From the NCBI GenBank assembly GCA_025786725.1, contig JAHLTZ010000023.1, forward strand, positions 1-64,000: DNA of 64,000 bases, in the 5' to 3' direction. The notes under the pieces are model-generated. The model saw only the letters and a program-made list of their open reading frames with translations. It did not search any database and was not told the DNA's origin. The position numbers were made by a program, and so were the translations under genes. Source of the stretch: Syncephalis fuscata S228 (Eukaryota > Fungi > Zoopagomycota). Shown one piece after another: positions 1 to 13,298 of the stretch (the first letter of the stretch is position 1; the number at the start of each line of letters is the position of its first letter).

Positions 1-157
1 TGATCTGCACTGGTCTTCACGACGCGTGATTCAGTGAGGAGTAAAAGAGGAGGAAAAAAAGGAGCCTAATGCAAAATGGCGGTTGTTCATTTTCCAATTG
101 TGCAAAAAGTGCTAAACTGGCACTTTTACCAAAAACTGGCAAACTTATTTTGTACCC
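1..157. mobile_element. Possible terminal inverted repeat end of a DNA transposon (Mutator-like)
   Basis: The minus strand from 157 reads GGGTACAAAATAAGTTTGCCAGTTT...TGCCAGTTT with a short internal repeat; no partner end is seen in the window. Confidence 0.25.
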
Positions 158-1975
158 TTGTCAGTAAAATCTTTTCTATGATGGCTGGAACGATACAACA
201 ACCTATTGCTGCCATAGTTGGGCAAAAGAACTGATGCTGACTTTGCAGTTATCATAGTCACATAATTATAATGATGATAGCAGTAATGCGTATAAATTAT
301 GGGGTGATATGCTGTGGCTGTAGAGTGAACTCAAATAAAGTATATATTATATCGTTATCATAGATTTAAATAGCACATGGATGTGCCGATTCTAGTCTAC
401 AGCAGCTACCCTTCTATCTCATCGATCTACCATTACCATGAAAGTTTGTATTGCAAGCATTATTATCTCTACCAACACTATTGTAATCAATATGCTTATA
501 TTAGTGCAAATTTGTTTTAAATTGAAAATGAAGTGTGTATTGAAGCCAACAAATACAAACTAAATAACCATCAATGTATTGCTATTAATAGGCTAAGTCT
601 ACAATAGTATTTTGTTAGTGCTCAATATTAATCGTGCATTATCAATAGCAATATTGGTAGCAACTTACAGTTGGAATAATTGGCATCAAGCATTAATTAT
701 GCGATGTTTGTTATATTGACAAATGAGAAGCTGTAACGCTGCATAGCTGATCTCAAGTGCTGGTTGTATAATGAATATATATAATATCAATCTAATCATT
801 TTTAAACTGTAATTTGTTTAATTAATATCAAACAATAACTCGGTAACACTTGCTATAGCGGCTGTAGGTAAGGTAGAATTTTATGTAGTTAATATCAAAT
901 GCAAATTGTGAATTAATTGCTGGGATACCATCTACAGTACTCAGCCTTAATTCAAACGATAGTTTAACTGATTGAGCAACAAATATTAGCAGCCAATAAA
1001 TTAAAGTTTTATCTAAATCCTAGTTCAATTGCATGTATGATACAATCAAATTAGTGTAGAGTACCAACTGCATTAAAGCTTTAGCTCAAGTTGTCTTTAA
1101 AACTCAAGCTATTTGCTAACATCCAGCTATGTGTTATTAATAATCAAACAGCTTAGTTTAATTGTGCACATTCATGGCATATTTGTGCTTGCCCTATTTA
1201 GCATCATAATTAATAGTACTGCTGTATAAAAGTAAGACTGCAAATGCTTTATTAATTAATATTACATAAATGAATGTTCCATAATAATCATGTTATATTT
1301 GATACTTGCAAAATGCTATTAAATTCAGTTAGATCTACTTGCTTTCGGACATTGATATGATATATTTATTTGTACCAGCAGTTAAATAGACAATGCAAAA
1401 TATATAGAATAGTTGGTGGCCAACTTGCAATGAATCAAAGCTGAGTATTGCTCACATTAATGAAATAAACATATTAAGGTACGTAGGTTTAATCAGGTAT
1501 AAAGTATTATTTTGACACATACTAGATCAATGAACCGGTAATTAAGCACGCTGCCATCCCCTCTAGATGAATCTATCTGCACATAAATAGCAGCTTTAAT
1601 AGTAGTATTTATTTCATACCTATGCCATACTCAATAAGGAGGTGACAGTGTTTGCTAAATAATAGGCGACTAAAGGACGGTACTTGTTAACGTGATTATG
1701 TTACCGATCCCGTTGTTTAGCCAAGAATAAAGCGGTGGCTGGTTTCCATAAAGAATATACATCACGCAATAACAGTGCCCCGCTGCTCCGTTTGTTCCAC
1801 CAGCCTTGACCACCATAAGAAGCAGAGCGGATCGACCAGTCCTTCCCCCCAGTAAACCGCCCCTTTCATTATAATCCTGCACTTTAGCTCTCTCCACGCC
1901 GTCATTTACAACACTTGCTTTGAAAGTTCCATTTTTACACATTAGAACTACATTTTGTTGCTTAATCGTAATATT

Positions 1976-2385
1976 ATGGAAGATTTACACTATTGGGGGC
2001 TTATTGCCGTTGTAGCGACCGCACTAGGTAAGTTTAGCAGTAACAAACCAATTAAACCGAACCAATTCCTAATACAGTGTACTTAGGCGTGTTTGCCTAT
2101 CGCCAGCTTAAACAGCGACACGGATATCTTCGTGTCAACAATGTAGCCTTCCAGCGTGACATAGAAAATGGTCTTACCAGTAGCAATTTCGACTTGAGCT
2201 CTAATTTACATGACGGCGACACGCGGCCTGGTCTTGATGCCGACGAGGTTCGCCGTATTATGAAGGACGAAGGATGTTCGTTTGACGAAGCACGCTTGAT
2301 TCGTCAGCAGCGAATTCTTCTGCAAAACAACATTGATCCGCGCACTGGTTTGCCGCGCGATCCAAAGTTGGTTACCTTCAGCTAA
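1976..2385 (+). CDS. DUF2015/UPF0357 (YCL012C-like) small membrane protein, 2 exons (1976-2027, 2078-2385)
   Basis: ATG at 1976 and a GTAAGT...CAG intron. N-terminal hydrophobic helix, GLTSSNFDL..N..GDTRPGLD and C-terminal GLPRDPKLVTFS match the family. Confidence 0.9.
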
Positions 2386-2710
2386 GATAGCAACTATTAG
2401 TGAACAATTATCCCTTTAGAGATAGTGAACTAGTTTTAACCAGTATATACATATATATATATATCATTAGCTACTTTTATTTGACCAGCTGTTTCTGGTC
2501 TTTTTTATTGTTTATAGTACTAACACACATGCATATTAAATTCATTTACTATTTTTAATTCATATTTAAATTAAGCACAGCTTTACTAGAAAGATTATAA
2601 ATGTAGAGAAAATATTTTATTCTATAGTATCAAAAATAAGGGACACAATTTAAGAAGAGAGCAATTTCTCTTAGTATGACTATCCACAGTTAAAAACAAA
2701 CAGTACATCA

Positions 2711-4544
2711 TTATACAACAGAAGAGTCTGCCAATGATGCATTAGTGATAGCCAAAGTATCAATAGTTGAGCCAGTGCTGATGTCTAGCTTTGCTTCCTC
2801 GAGACGTACACGTTCTTGAGAAGCAGTTGATAGCTTTAGCCAGTTTGATCTGGCAATTAGTACTATTTCAAATATTGCTGTTAGCAATACAGCACTAAGG
2901 AATGCCAACCAGAGACCGGCCAGGTGAAGATCTAAATAAGTAGTAAATAGTATTGCCAATGGAAGTCCAATGGCATAGAATGTAATTATTCGAATGCTGG
3001 CGCCATATGATTGACGGCCTTGTCCTCGAAGGATGCCGTCACAGCTCAATGTCAGTGCAATGAAGACGTGGAAAAAGGCACCAATTGGAAGCAATCGCCC
3101 TACTAAATCAATAACCTCCTGATCTTTTGTATAGATTGATCCAAAAATCTCAGGGAATGAAAAGATAAATGAGCCATACATAGAGGCTAGGATTGCTATA
3201 AAACCAAAGGCTGACCATGCATTAATTTGTGCCAGCACTGGCTTTCCAGCACCAAGATAGTTTCCAATGCGATTACTCGATGCAACTGCTATGCCTAAAC
3301 ACAAGTTAGCTTTAATCTATTTACATCCAAATGGTCATACCATGGTGAATAAGCAAGCTTAGCATTGAGCATTGAAGGGTAATGGTTTGTGCTGCAACAG
3401 CTGCCGGGCCAAAGTAAGATGCCACAACGGTAAGTATTTCAAATACCCAGATTTCGTTGCAAGACATTAAGACACCAGGGACGGCTAAATATGTTATGTT
3501 AGATTGGCGCAGTCCGTCAACTAGCAATTACACATACCAAGTTTGATAAATGACATACAGTCTGAAAATGCAGCTGATGTCCAGGGTGACCATGTAGAAA
3601 GTGAAACTGAGTGGCGCACAATAAAGATAGCACCAATAGTATAAGAGATTGCTGTGGCCAGAGGAGCGCCTAGAAAGCCGATTTGATCACGAAGTACAAT
3701 AGTGAAGACATAACTAAGAATGGCACCGATAGGACCGGTGATGCATAAAATACGTGCGCAGTTTTCATATCCCCTATAATTGACATCGTTAAGTTTTTAG
3801 TCTACAGAACTATTATTAAAATAAAAATCTTACCTTGACTTTGAAGAAAGCGGCGAAATACGTCTATTACTATAAATCCAGGAATATGTAGTAGCTGCCA
3901 TAGGGCATATTGCCCAGATAGGCGAGCAACTTCTGGATCCTGTCCCATGAGTAGCAGAATAGACTCTGCCTTGTAACTGAGTACAGTCATGGGTATAAAA
4001 CAAGCAAAAAGAACTACTAAAGCGCGCTGTATGTGCATGCTAAGCAGTTTGCTATTTTGTGACCCGGCAGTAAACGTTTGAGAGCACAGTGTGTCTAGAG
4101 CAGTCCCCATGCCCATTAGCCAGGATGTGCATGTCAGCATGATAAACGCATTGCCCAAAGAACCTGCGGCCAAATCTAGATGTGAGGTGTTATCAATATT
4201 AGCTGATGACTGCCGACAACAAATATAAGTGTAGATGTTTTTTACTTACAGTTTGATCCCTAAATACATATACAATTAATTTACGTTATTTGACAATCAA
4301 GTGTACATACTAGGTGACCAAGACATATGGCAGCGGTGACATTGGTTAAGCTTTGAAGCACTGATGTGAGCGATATGGGCAAGCCGTTAAAAAAAAGCCA
4401 AAACGTCTCTTTCTTAACGGTGTTTATTGAAACTTCTTGTTCTCTATATTGACGCGGTGCTGCTATGTCATCGAGGTTGACCAATAGTGAGGTCTCCTCG
4501 GTTGGCCGAGAAGGTTTATGATGAGTTTTGGTATTGTTGGCCAT
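2711..4544 (-). CDS. MATE family transporter, paralog 1 (6 exons including a 10-nt microexon; one apparent 1-nt deletion near 3759)
   Basis: Motifs LGHLGSNYLAAGSLG, GMGTALDTLCSQ, RIGNYLGAG, GILRGQGRQ and GLWL; many TM helices. Confidence 0.93.
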
Positions 4545-5392
4545 GATTCACAGCTAGGAATGAAAAGATCACGGTAGTGGTAGTGGTGTATGGAGTGACG
4601 GAATGTATATTGGACAGTAGATAGTAGTGAAAATGTACGTATTTAATTAGTGCAAAGTCAGATAATTATAATAAAGCACTTTTTAAAGCTGAGAATGGGC
4701 CTTGAATGTTTGGAGTACCGATACAAAGGAATTCTTGATATTAGTAATCCAATTGCCCGAAAATATAAATGAAAGAATTCGGCAACTCTTGTAGTAGCGG
4801 ATTGAAGCTACACAGGCATAAGATTGCGTTGTTACACAGCACTTGGTGATCAGAACAATTTGTTTTACAAGTATGAGTGTGTGATTGCAATTTAAACAAT
4901 TAAACGGCTTTAAATGATTACGTAGGCTGAGAGTATTTTAAATATGAGGTAGCAATTTATTTAGTTGGTTGGGATTTATTTATTTATACACTACTCTATC
5001 ATCTAGTTAGTATAATAATACTAGAGATAAAGATGATGATATTAACAATAATAACAATGTAGTTATTACTGAGAGTGTTTAAATTGTTACAAATGGAAAT
5101 ACACATTGTGATAACTCTACAGATCATGTGATGCCTGTTTGGTTGCCGTGTGTTCGATATATTCGGACCGATTATTACCGAGATATGCTCGTTCGATAGA
5201 TGACAAATTTATCACGATGTGAAAAATGTAAAGCAGTTAATTTTGTCTAGCCATTGCTTTTTATTTAAACAGTAATATATTATTAATTTCAAAATATTGA
5301 TAGAAACAAGGATAAAAAAGTGATATATATATATATAACTAATGACCTATTTAAATTATGTAAAAATAAAAGTAAAAGTAAAACTTTATGAG

Positions 5393-7257
5393 CTACACCA
5401 AAACAGATTCAGTGGGTAATGTGGCGACATTATCTGCAGCAGTAATGGCTGCATAATTATTGTTTAGTACATTATTTTCGGTTAGTCCATTGGAGTGATA
5501 TAAAGAGCTGTTGCCCACAATTGCCTCGTCGTTCTGAACACGCTGCTGAGAAGTAATTGATAGAGCTAACCAGTTCGTTTTGGCAATTAACACAATTTCC
5601 GCAACTGCAGTACATAAGGCAGCACAAATAAAGGTGATCCAAAGACCGAATACTTCTAATTTCAAGTGAACCGTAAAGAATATGCCTAACAGAGGTCCAA
5701 TAAGGTAAAATGATATAATCCGGACTGTAGCTCCGTAGGATTGCCGTCCTTGCCCTCGAAGAATACCATCACAAGCAAAAGTTAGTCCAATGAAAACGTG
5801 TAAAATGGTGCCGATTGGAATTAATATTTCTAAAATTTTTATAACGTCTTTGTCATTCGTGTAGAATCTGGCCAGATTATTACAAAATATAAATACTGTC
5901 AATCCGTAAAAAAAGGCTATTGCGGCAATAACACAAAGGGCGACCCATGCATTAATTCGAGCCAATGTTGCTTTTCCAGCACCAATATGATTTCCAATAC
6001 GATTGGCTGCGGCGCAGCTTATACCTATAAAAAGTTAGACGTGTGCTGTTTTTTAAGACTTGTTCATACCGATATGGACGACATTGCCTAATAGTATGCA
6101 TTGAAAAGCAATAGCTTGTGCAGCAACGGCAGTTGAGCCAAAATAAGATGATACCATGCTGAATATCTCTACTACCCAGCTTTCGTTACAATAAATAAAC
6201 GTGCTTGGGATTGCTGTACATTCATGTGAGCTAATATTAATGGTTTCTGTTACTAATTCTTACCTAATTTGATAAAAGGCATCCAGCCCGAAAATGCGGC
6301 TGACGTCCATGGCGACCACGTGGGAAGCGAGATGGAATGACGTACAATAAGAATAGCACCAATTGAATCTGCTATTATAGATGCATATGCACAGCCTATG
6401 TAGCCAATCTGTTCTTCAAAAACAGTAATAAAAATATAGTTTAAAACTGCACCCATAGGACCAGTGATACAAACAATCCGTGTTCCAGTTTGCATGTCAC
6501 CTATAATGGCATAGCGTTAATTTGGTGCATTAAATAGTAACTAGGCTATTATTGTTACCTTACCTTGACTTTGAAGAAATCGGCGAAATACATTCAATGC
6601 TATACTCGCAGGAATCTGGATTGTAAATACGCGAACAATATGTCCCGCTAAATAAGCTGTTTTAGGTGACTGGCCAATAAATAAAAAAATGTGTTCTGCA
6701 TTGTGAAATAAAGCAATTATAGGTATCATAAGACACCCGAAAAACGCCAATGCGCGTTGAACGTGAAGACTAATTAGCCGACTACTTTGTGAACTTGCTG
6801 TAAACGCCTGCGAACAGAGTGTGTCTAGAGCAGACGACATGCCAGCTACCCAGGTGGAGCATGTTAATGACATAAATCCACTAGCTATAACAGCAGCCGT
6901 TATATCTAAATAAAGAGTTACAATTATTGATTAGTAAATTAGTGACACAAAAATGTACAATCCTACAATCTGGTCCCTAAACTAGGATGTTAGTTAATAG
7001 CATGTAAATAGGTTTAGTAGACATACCAAACGACTGATGCAAATAAGAGCAACAATACTGGCCGAGTTTTCAAGTATAAGCATAAAGGATAGAGGTAACC
7101 CGTTGCGGATAATCCACCACAGTTCCTTTCTAGCGCTGTACATGAGCTGGCCATCGTTTATGAGCTGACTTGATGATGTACTGCTTGAAAGGATCAACAG
7201 AGGTGTTGTCTCGGCTAATTGAGTCGATTTATGCGCAGCTATATTGTTGTCAATCAT
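5393..7257 (-). CDS. MATE family transporter, paralog 2 (6 exons, same intron positions as paralog 1)
   Basis: GMSSALDTLCSQAF, RIGNHIGAG and GILRGQGRQ motifs; the spliced frame is continuous from ATG 7257. Confidence 0.93.
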
Positions 7258-7857
7258 AGTTAAATATTCATAAAAATAAAAAGAAGGCAATAGGGCAAGC
7301 AATAGCAGTATTTATTTAGATATACAAATAGCATTGCCAAATTTATTTAAAACAAGCTGGTTTTTAAGGCCTATGTAGTTGCTATCCAATTGGACAAACT
7401 TTGTAGCTATACTCGTTACAAATTTAGATGCATAGAATTATGCAAATGTACAATAGGTCATTTCTTGTTATTAGTAAACGTGTCAATAATTTCTTGGAAT
7501 AAATGGCCAATGCTGCTACAATAAAGCTATTTAATAATGTAAACTAAATCTAATTTAATAAATGTGTGTTTCAAGTTGCATGTATAAATATTTTGAGTGC
7601 AAACAAGGAAGCTTTTTAAGTCATCTGCCACTATCGGCTAATAAATAGAACAATTTCTATTTAAAGATCATGTGCCAAGAGATTATATTAATGAGGGCCA
7701 TGAAAAAGTAAAAATAAAACTACTGTGGTAGAAATATATGCTCCAGCACCTATAGTTTGCTGGCTTAGGCCTGAGACAGCAGATGACTCGGTCTTGGCTA
7801 AAGGTGCTGTTACATTTTTCGTCACAAAGGTGTCATTGTTTTTAACGACCGTGTTGT

Positions 7858-8802
7858 TTAAGGGCAGTCATTCGCTATTTGTAACATTTGAGGTGTGACA
7901 ACTTCATCCACAGGTATGATTGGCGCATTGCTGTCCTGCAGCGATGGTGTATAATTAATTGTATCTTCTCCATAAAGAACAAATGATGCCTGTCCACCCG
8001 TTCGAACAGCAACTGTGCATCCGTTGTCTTTCGAGCACCGGCCGTTTTCACACTTGCAGGGTAGGCCGTTACATTTGCTTGGATCTTTGCATTCGATGCG
8101 TACACTGTAAGCTTTTGCTGTTGATTGACCGGCACGTTCGTAATCCGGATTGTATCTAACTGAAAGAAATGTTACGTCTTCCATACCTTCACCAGCTCCA
8201 AAAACAAATGGCGCCCAGTTGCCAATCGGCTTTGAAGCGTCGCCCCATACACATTGATTGTTGTTGGTTCCGGAAGGATTGACATAGTATTGCGCCGATG
8301 TGCCTTGCCAGTAGTCACGTGATGGCACGTTGATAGACGATTGCTGATTTGAAGCAACCACGGTTGGAATAAGCATTTCTTCATTGCCAGGATAAACGGT
8401 CTGGCAGGCCGATACGCTTTCGCCCAGTTTATTAACAATGTTGGTATTATCTAATCCACGAACACAGTATGGCTCATTTGGAAATGGTTTAGCTAGCAAT
8501 CCATCTTTTTGACAAAGTAGGCCACCATCCATGGTGTTGTGATGAATTGCCGAGTCTGGATTCCACTGGCGTGAAAAGTAGCCTGGGGCGCAGGCATAGG
8601 GACAGTAGTCACCAGGCTTGCACTCTTGATTGGCAGACATGGCCCATCCCTTGTTCATGGCATTTGGTGTAATCGGCACTATAAGAGGGTCGTTTGGCAG
8701 TTTGCATCGGACATCAGCTGAGCTATTGGGAGCAGCCATGCTTTCCATGGCAAATGCAGCTATGATTGCAAGCACGGCCAATGAAGCAGATGAAAAAGTC
8801 AT
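7858..8802 (-). CDS. Secreted SUN-family (GH132) beta-1,3-glucanase, intronless
   Basis: Signal peptide, GWAMS..Q.C..G.YCPYACAPG Cys motif, CQTVYPGNE.MLIPT, TSAQYYVNP and GNWAPFVFG. Confidence 0.93.
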   Translation of the reverse strand: MTFSSASLAVLAIIAAFAMESMAAPNSSADVRCKLPNDPLIVPITPNAMNKGWAMSANQECKPGDYCPYACAPGYFSRQWNPDSAIHHNTMDGGLLCQKDGLLAKPFPNEPYCVRGLDNTNIVNKLGESVSACQTVYPGNEEMLIPTVVASNQQSSINVPSRDYWQGTSAQYYVNPSGTNNNQCVWGDASKPIGNWAPFVFGAGEGMEDVTFLSVRYNPDYERAGQSTAKAYSVRIECKDPSKCNGLPCKCENGRCSKDNGCTVAVRTGGQASFVLYGEDTINYTPSLQDSNAPIIPVDEVVTPQMLQIANDCP

Positions 8803-10536
8803 TTTCAATGAAAATACAATAGATTGCAGTCGAAAGTCGTCAATAATAAGTGCAATGATAGCAGTAAAAGATTTTGCTTAAAAATGTTCAAATAATTTAT
8901 GGTACTTTTCTTTACGATGATGAATAAGTACTCATACGGCCAATGTCTGGTAAGTTTGTAATGGTAATAAGCAGTTGCTGTCAACAGAAATCCACTCAAA
9001 GGTCGTTCAAAGACAAAATAGCTGAGACAAATAGCTTGTCCGCATAAAAAAAGCAACAAGTCGTATAAGTAAAAAGATGACTGGTGTCGATTGAGGCGGT
9101 ATCTGTAGTATTAAAGTCTCCTTTTAAATTAAATTTTAACACGGAACTGCGGAGTCTACAGGCAATTTATCTCTAACTGAAATGCTACACCTGTGTACAC
9201 TAGAGTGAGAATTTCGGCATGTTTGTGTATACGGAACCTGGATAATTTAAAACTTTGTTTTAATTGGATAATATCAAAAATACCCAATGGTTTATCTTAG
9301 TACTATAATACGATAAAAAACAGGCTGTGTGAACATATGGATTACAGATTGATTTTTTTATAAACTGATAACAGCGATCGCGTGTGTAGAATAGATCACT
9401 GCCTAATATAACGAGTATTTAGTGATTGTAAATTTATAGTTGGCTTGGTTTAGTATTTTTTATTAAGTCAATAATGCGTAGTAATTGATTCTATAGCTCA
9501 TTACTGACTGCATTAGATTCAAGCATTGATGATGGCGGATCAATGAAAAAGTCAAGATAAAACAGATTTTTTTAATTTTTGCTACTTTTTCGTGTTCAGT
9601 CTGAATTCCTGAGAATTTGAGCTTTAAAGATAGCGCCGTTACGGATAATCATGCTAATTTATTCTAGAAAAATCGATATCGTGTGTTGTACTATGATTAT
9701 TATCGCTATCTAGTGGTATATGTAAAATAAAAAGATTATTTTATATACTTATTAATATCCATGTATTGAAAGTAGTAGCTTTTTAAGGGTTGTCATGTCA
9801 AGTATGATTGTTATTGAAGATATGTCTCAATATGAACTGCGTATTTAATACTATTGTATTTTGTTTTTATTTATCAACTGAATATTTAACTGTAAAGTAT
9901 AGTTCTAATTTTTTAAATTGTGTTCATGTATTTGGCAATACAATTCAAAATGCTTTAATAATATAGTATGGAGTCTGTGGATAGTTTATATTATTGCATT
10001 ATCATCTTTCTCCCGTTACACGTTAAAACTTAGTGCAACTACTGCAACATCTAATAAAAAGTATTGACATTATTATAATACTTTCATTGATCAGGTTAAT
10101 GACATTTATTATTATTATTAAGATATGGTTACCTGGTTACAAATAGCCGTAAAATTAAAGAATTACCAAACAAATTGGATTTTAAACAAATAGAAAAATA
10201 AAAGTAAACAAACTGCTGCACTGACAGATAACAATAAGCTTTATTTCAAAACAATAAACTGATGAAATGATTAACTTGTGACTAATTGCTTTTTCAATAA
10301 TATAAACACAGTGCGCCCAGCCAGTTACGCGACCATGGCCACCATCATGTTTCTATTGCCTGTATTTTACACACTTGTAACAAAAACAAATAAACATATA
10401 AATACTACAAAATGTCTTGTATTGCATTGTTTGAAGCATTAGTTGCGCTGCTTTTATTGTCTGTATATCATTTAGCCACACTGATACATATATTAAATTT
10501 TTTATTTGGCATTATTTAAAATTATAGCTTTATAAA

Positions 10537-11941
10537 ATGCGAGCATATCTAAGCTCTGGTGCTGCGGTTGCTTTAGTGGCGCTGATTTGCGCAACTGCAG
10601 GCTTGGGAATCGATGCATCACATGAATTGCATCACAAGCAACACAGTGTTCAAAAGGTTCAAAAGACTCATGTTTTTACGCACAAGCTTTCTGAACAAAA
10701 TTTAGTTAAGCAGACTCCTAGACGAGTAGTTGAACGAAAAGACGCTGCAGAAAGTAAAAAGATTGTGGCTTATTTCTCCGATTGGACAACACGAGACATG
10801 CCTGCGTCTTCAATCCCCTTTGACAAATTAACGCATCTAAATTATGGTATGTCAAGAATGGCAGCCTAGTAATATAAAATGCTAATCTATTGTCTTATTA
10901 GCATTTGCCATTATTGAAGACGGTTCGTATAGACCGGTTATACAAACAGATTGGCTTTTGAAAGACGTTGTAACTAAGGCACATGCCAAAGACGTGAAGG
11001 TCGCCATCTCCATTGGTGGCTGGACAGGTTCCAAATTCTTCAGTCCAATGTCGGCTACCGCTCATGGCCGCAAATCCTTTGTTGATGCTACCGTTGATTT
11101 TGCCAAACAGTACAATCTGGATGGTATCGATATTGATTGGGAATTTCCAGGACGATTGGGCATGGCATGCAACATTTTTGATAAAAATAATGATGCCAAA
11201 AACTTCTTAACGCTGCTACAAGAGCTGCGCGAAGCTTTGCCAAAGGACAAATACATTTCTTTGGCTGTGCGCGTCCAACCATTTGATGGCCCAGATGGCC
11301 CATTAAAGGACGTTAGTAGGTTTGCTGAACCAGTAGACTTTATCACCGTAATGGCCTATGACATCAATGGAAGCTGGAGTGCAACTACCGGTCCAAATGC
11401 ACCATTCAAACACTCTACCGCTGGTGGAGATCCACTCAGTTTTATGCAGTCAGCGAACGCCTGGGTCAATGCAGGCTTCCCCAAGGAAAAGATTCTCATG
11501 GGTTTGCCGTTCTATGGTCGATCAGCGCGGGCTCCTGTAGCTGCCAGTTCCAAAGCACGAACTATGTTTATGCCACAGCTGAAACCGGTACCTAAGGGCG
11601 ATCGTGATGATGCACCATGGGCCGAGCCTTGCCCAGATGCCCCACAGGCATTGTCTGGAATTTGGAAATGGAAGAATTTACGCGAAGAAGGATTGCTTAC
11701 AAGCCCCAAAACTGCCGGCCACGGATGGGAACGTAACTGGGATCATGAAACTAAAACGCCATGGCTTTTGAACAGGAAAGATGGACACTTTATCAGCTAT
11801 GACGATCCCGATAGTATCAAGCTAAAGACAGACTTTGTGCGCTGCAATAACATGGGTGGTGTAATGGTATGGGCCTTGAATCAGGATAATGGTGAACTTC
11901 TTGATGCCGTCGATGAGGCTATGGACGGTGAATTATGCTGA
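10537..11941 (+). CDS. Secreted GH18 chitinase, 2 exons (intron 10847-10901)
   Basis: Signal peptide, LTHLNY|AFA across the intron, SIGGW, intact catalytic DGIDIDWE, VMAYD, SYDD and GGVMVW. Confidence 0.96.
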
Positions 11942-13298
11942 ACAAAGCATTTGTTAATTTTATAATAATGGGCAGTGTATGATATCACTCATTGCTTAAC
12001 GAATCAATGATTCGAATGACAAATAAATTGCAGTAATAACAAAAACTATGTTGGATGATACAATTTACAATGTTATGTTTAGCTAATCAACACACAGTAG
12101 CAACAGCTAATTATATTAGGCAATAAAACGATTTAACTAGATAATATTAACTTTTAATAGCAGTCTAATTGTCATTTGACACTTTAATCAAACTGCATTA
12201 TTACATCATCTAAACTCGTAAATTTATAACTATATTTAATAAACTTTAAATACAATTTTATATTTAAACGTTTGTGCATCAAACAATCTAGTTCATGGTA
12301 GATGATCAAGACTATGCTATTTATAATAATACAGTATCTATGAGCGCGTGGGTGTATAAGCTACCTAGATGAACAATCTCTATGGGGATAGTGCGACGAG
12401 TGGAATGCGCAAGCGTCATGCCTAGCAAATAATCAGTAATTTTACACAGAAAGACGCCGTTTACGCAAACGTAAACTTGTAAAGTAGTTAGAAGTGGTAT
12501 TCCGCACAGCGGCAACTTGTATTGGATACATATTTATATTACCTCAAGGTAATACAAATTAAAATATAGTAATAACAGTAATGGCGATTGTAATATAAAA
12601 GTTGTCTAATACGTTCGACAGGATATAAGAAAATGCTTGTCAGAAAAAGACGGGAAAGTGCTAATCGATTGTGCTAACAGCATAAGAGTAGCGCAGAATT
12701 AGCGAATGGAAATGCTTATGACTATGATGTGGCTACGCAGTATCGAGTCAAATTGCAAAAAATGGCTGACCGGCAGCCTATGAAATGGTGATTGCAATGA
12801 ACAGTCAGAAATCCTGCCAACAATTCATTGGTAGGTAAGTGGAATGTGACAAAAAGGACACATACCAAATAATGGTGATCGTTGCCATTCGGAATATTAG
12901 AAAACCGAGCAACAACACGGGCTGCCTGATGAAAGTAAGAATACAAACAGCAGTTGAAGGTTGCTGTAATGTAGGAAAATACATGTCAAGTCTTTGGAAG
13001 TATTTCCGAGACCGTATGTAGTATATACGAGTAATTGCAATTGTTCATCAGAGAGAGTTTATGATTGCATCTGTTAAACTTGCAGCAAGTGCCATTTAGC
13101 AAGTAATCAGTTGACAGCTCAAGGATAGTCAATTGAAATTATGTCATACAAATAGAAATGTGCACAATATAAAAAGGGAAATAGCAAAAGCGCATAGACG
13201 CGAAGAGAGTAAACGAGAAAAGCACAAGATAAACGCAAATGAAATAAAATGAATAAAAATATCAGTAGAATTAATATCGACTATTTCGATAAAAGATT

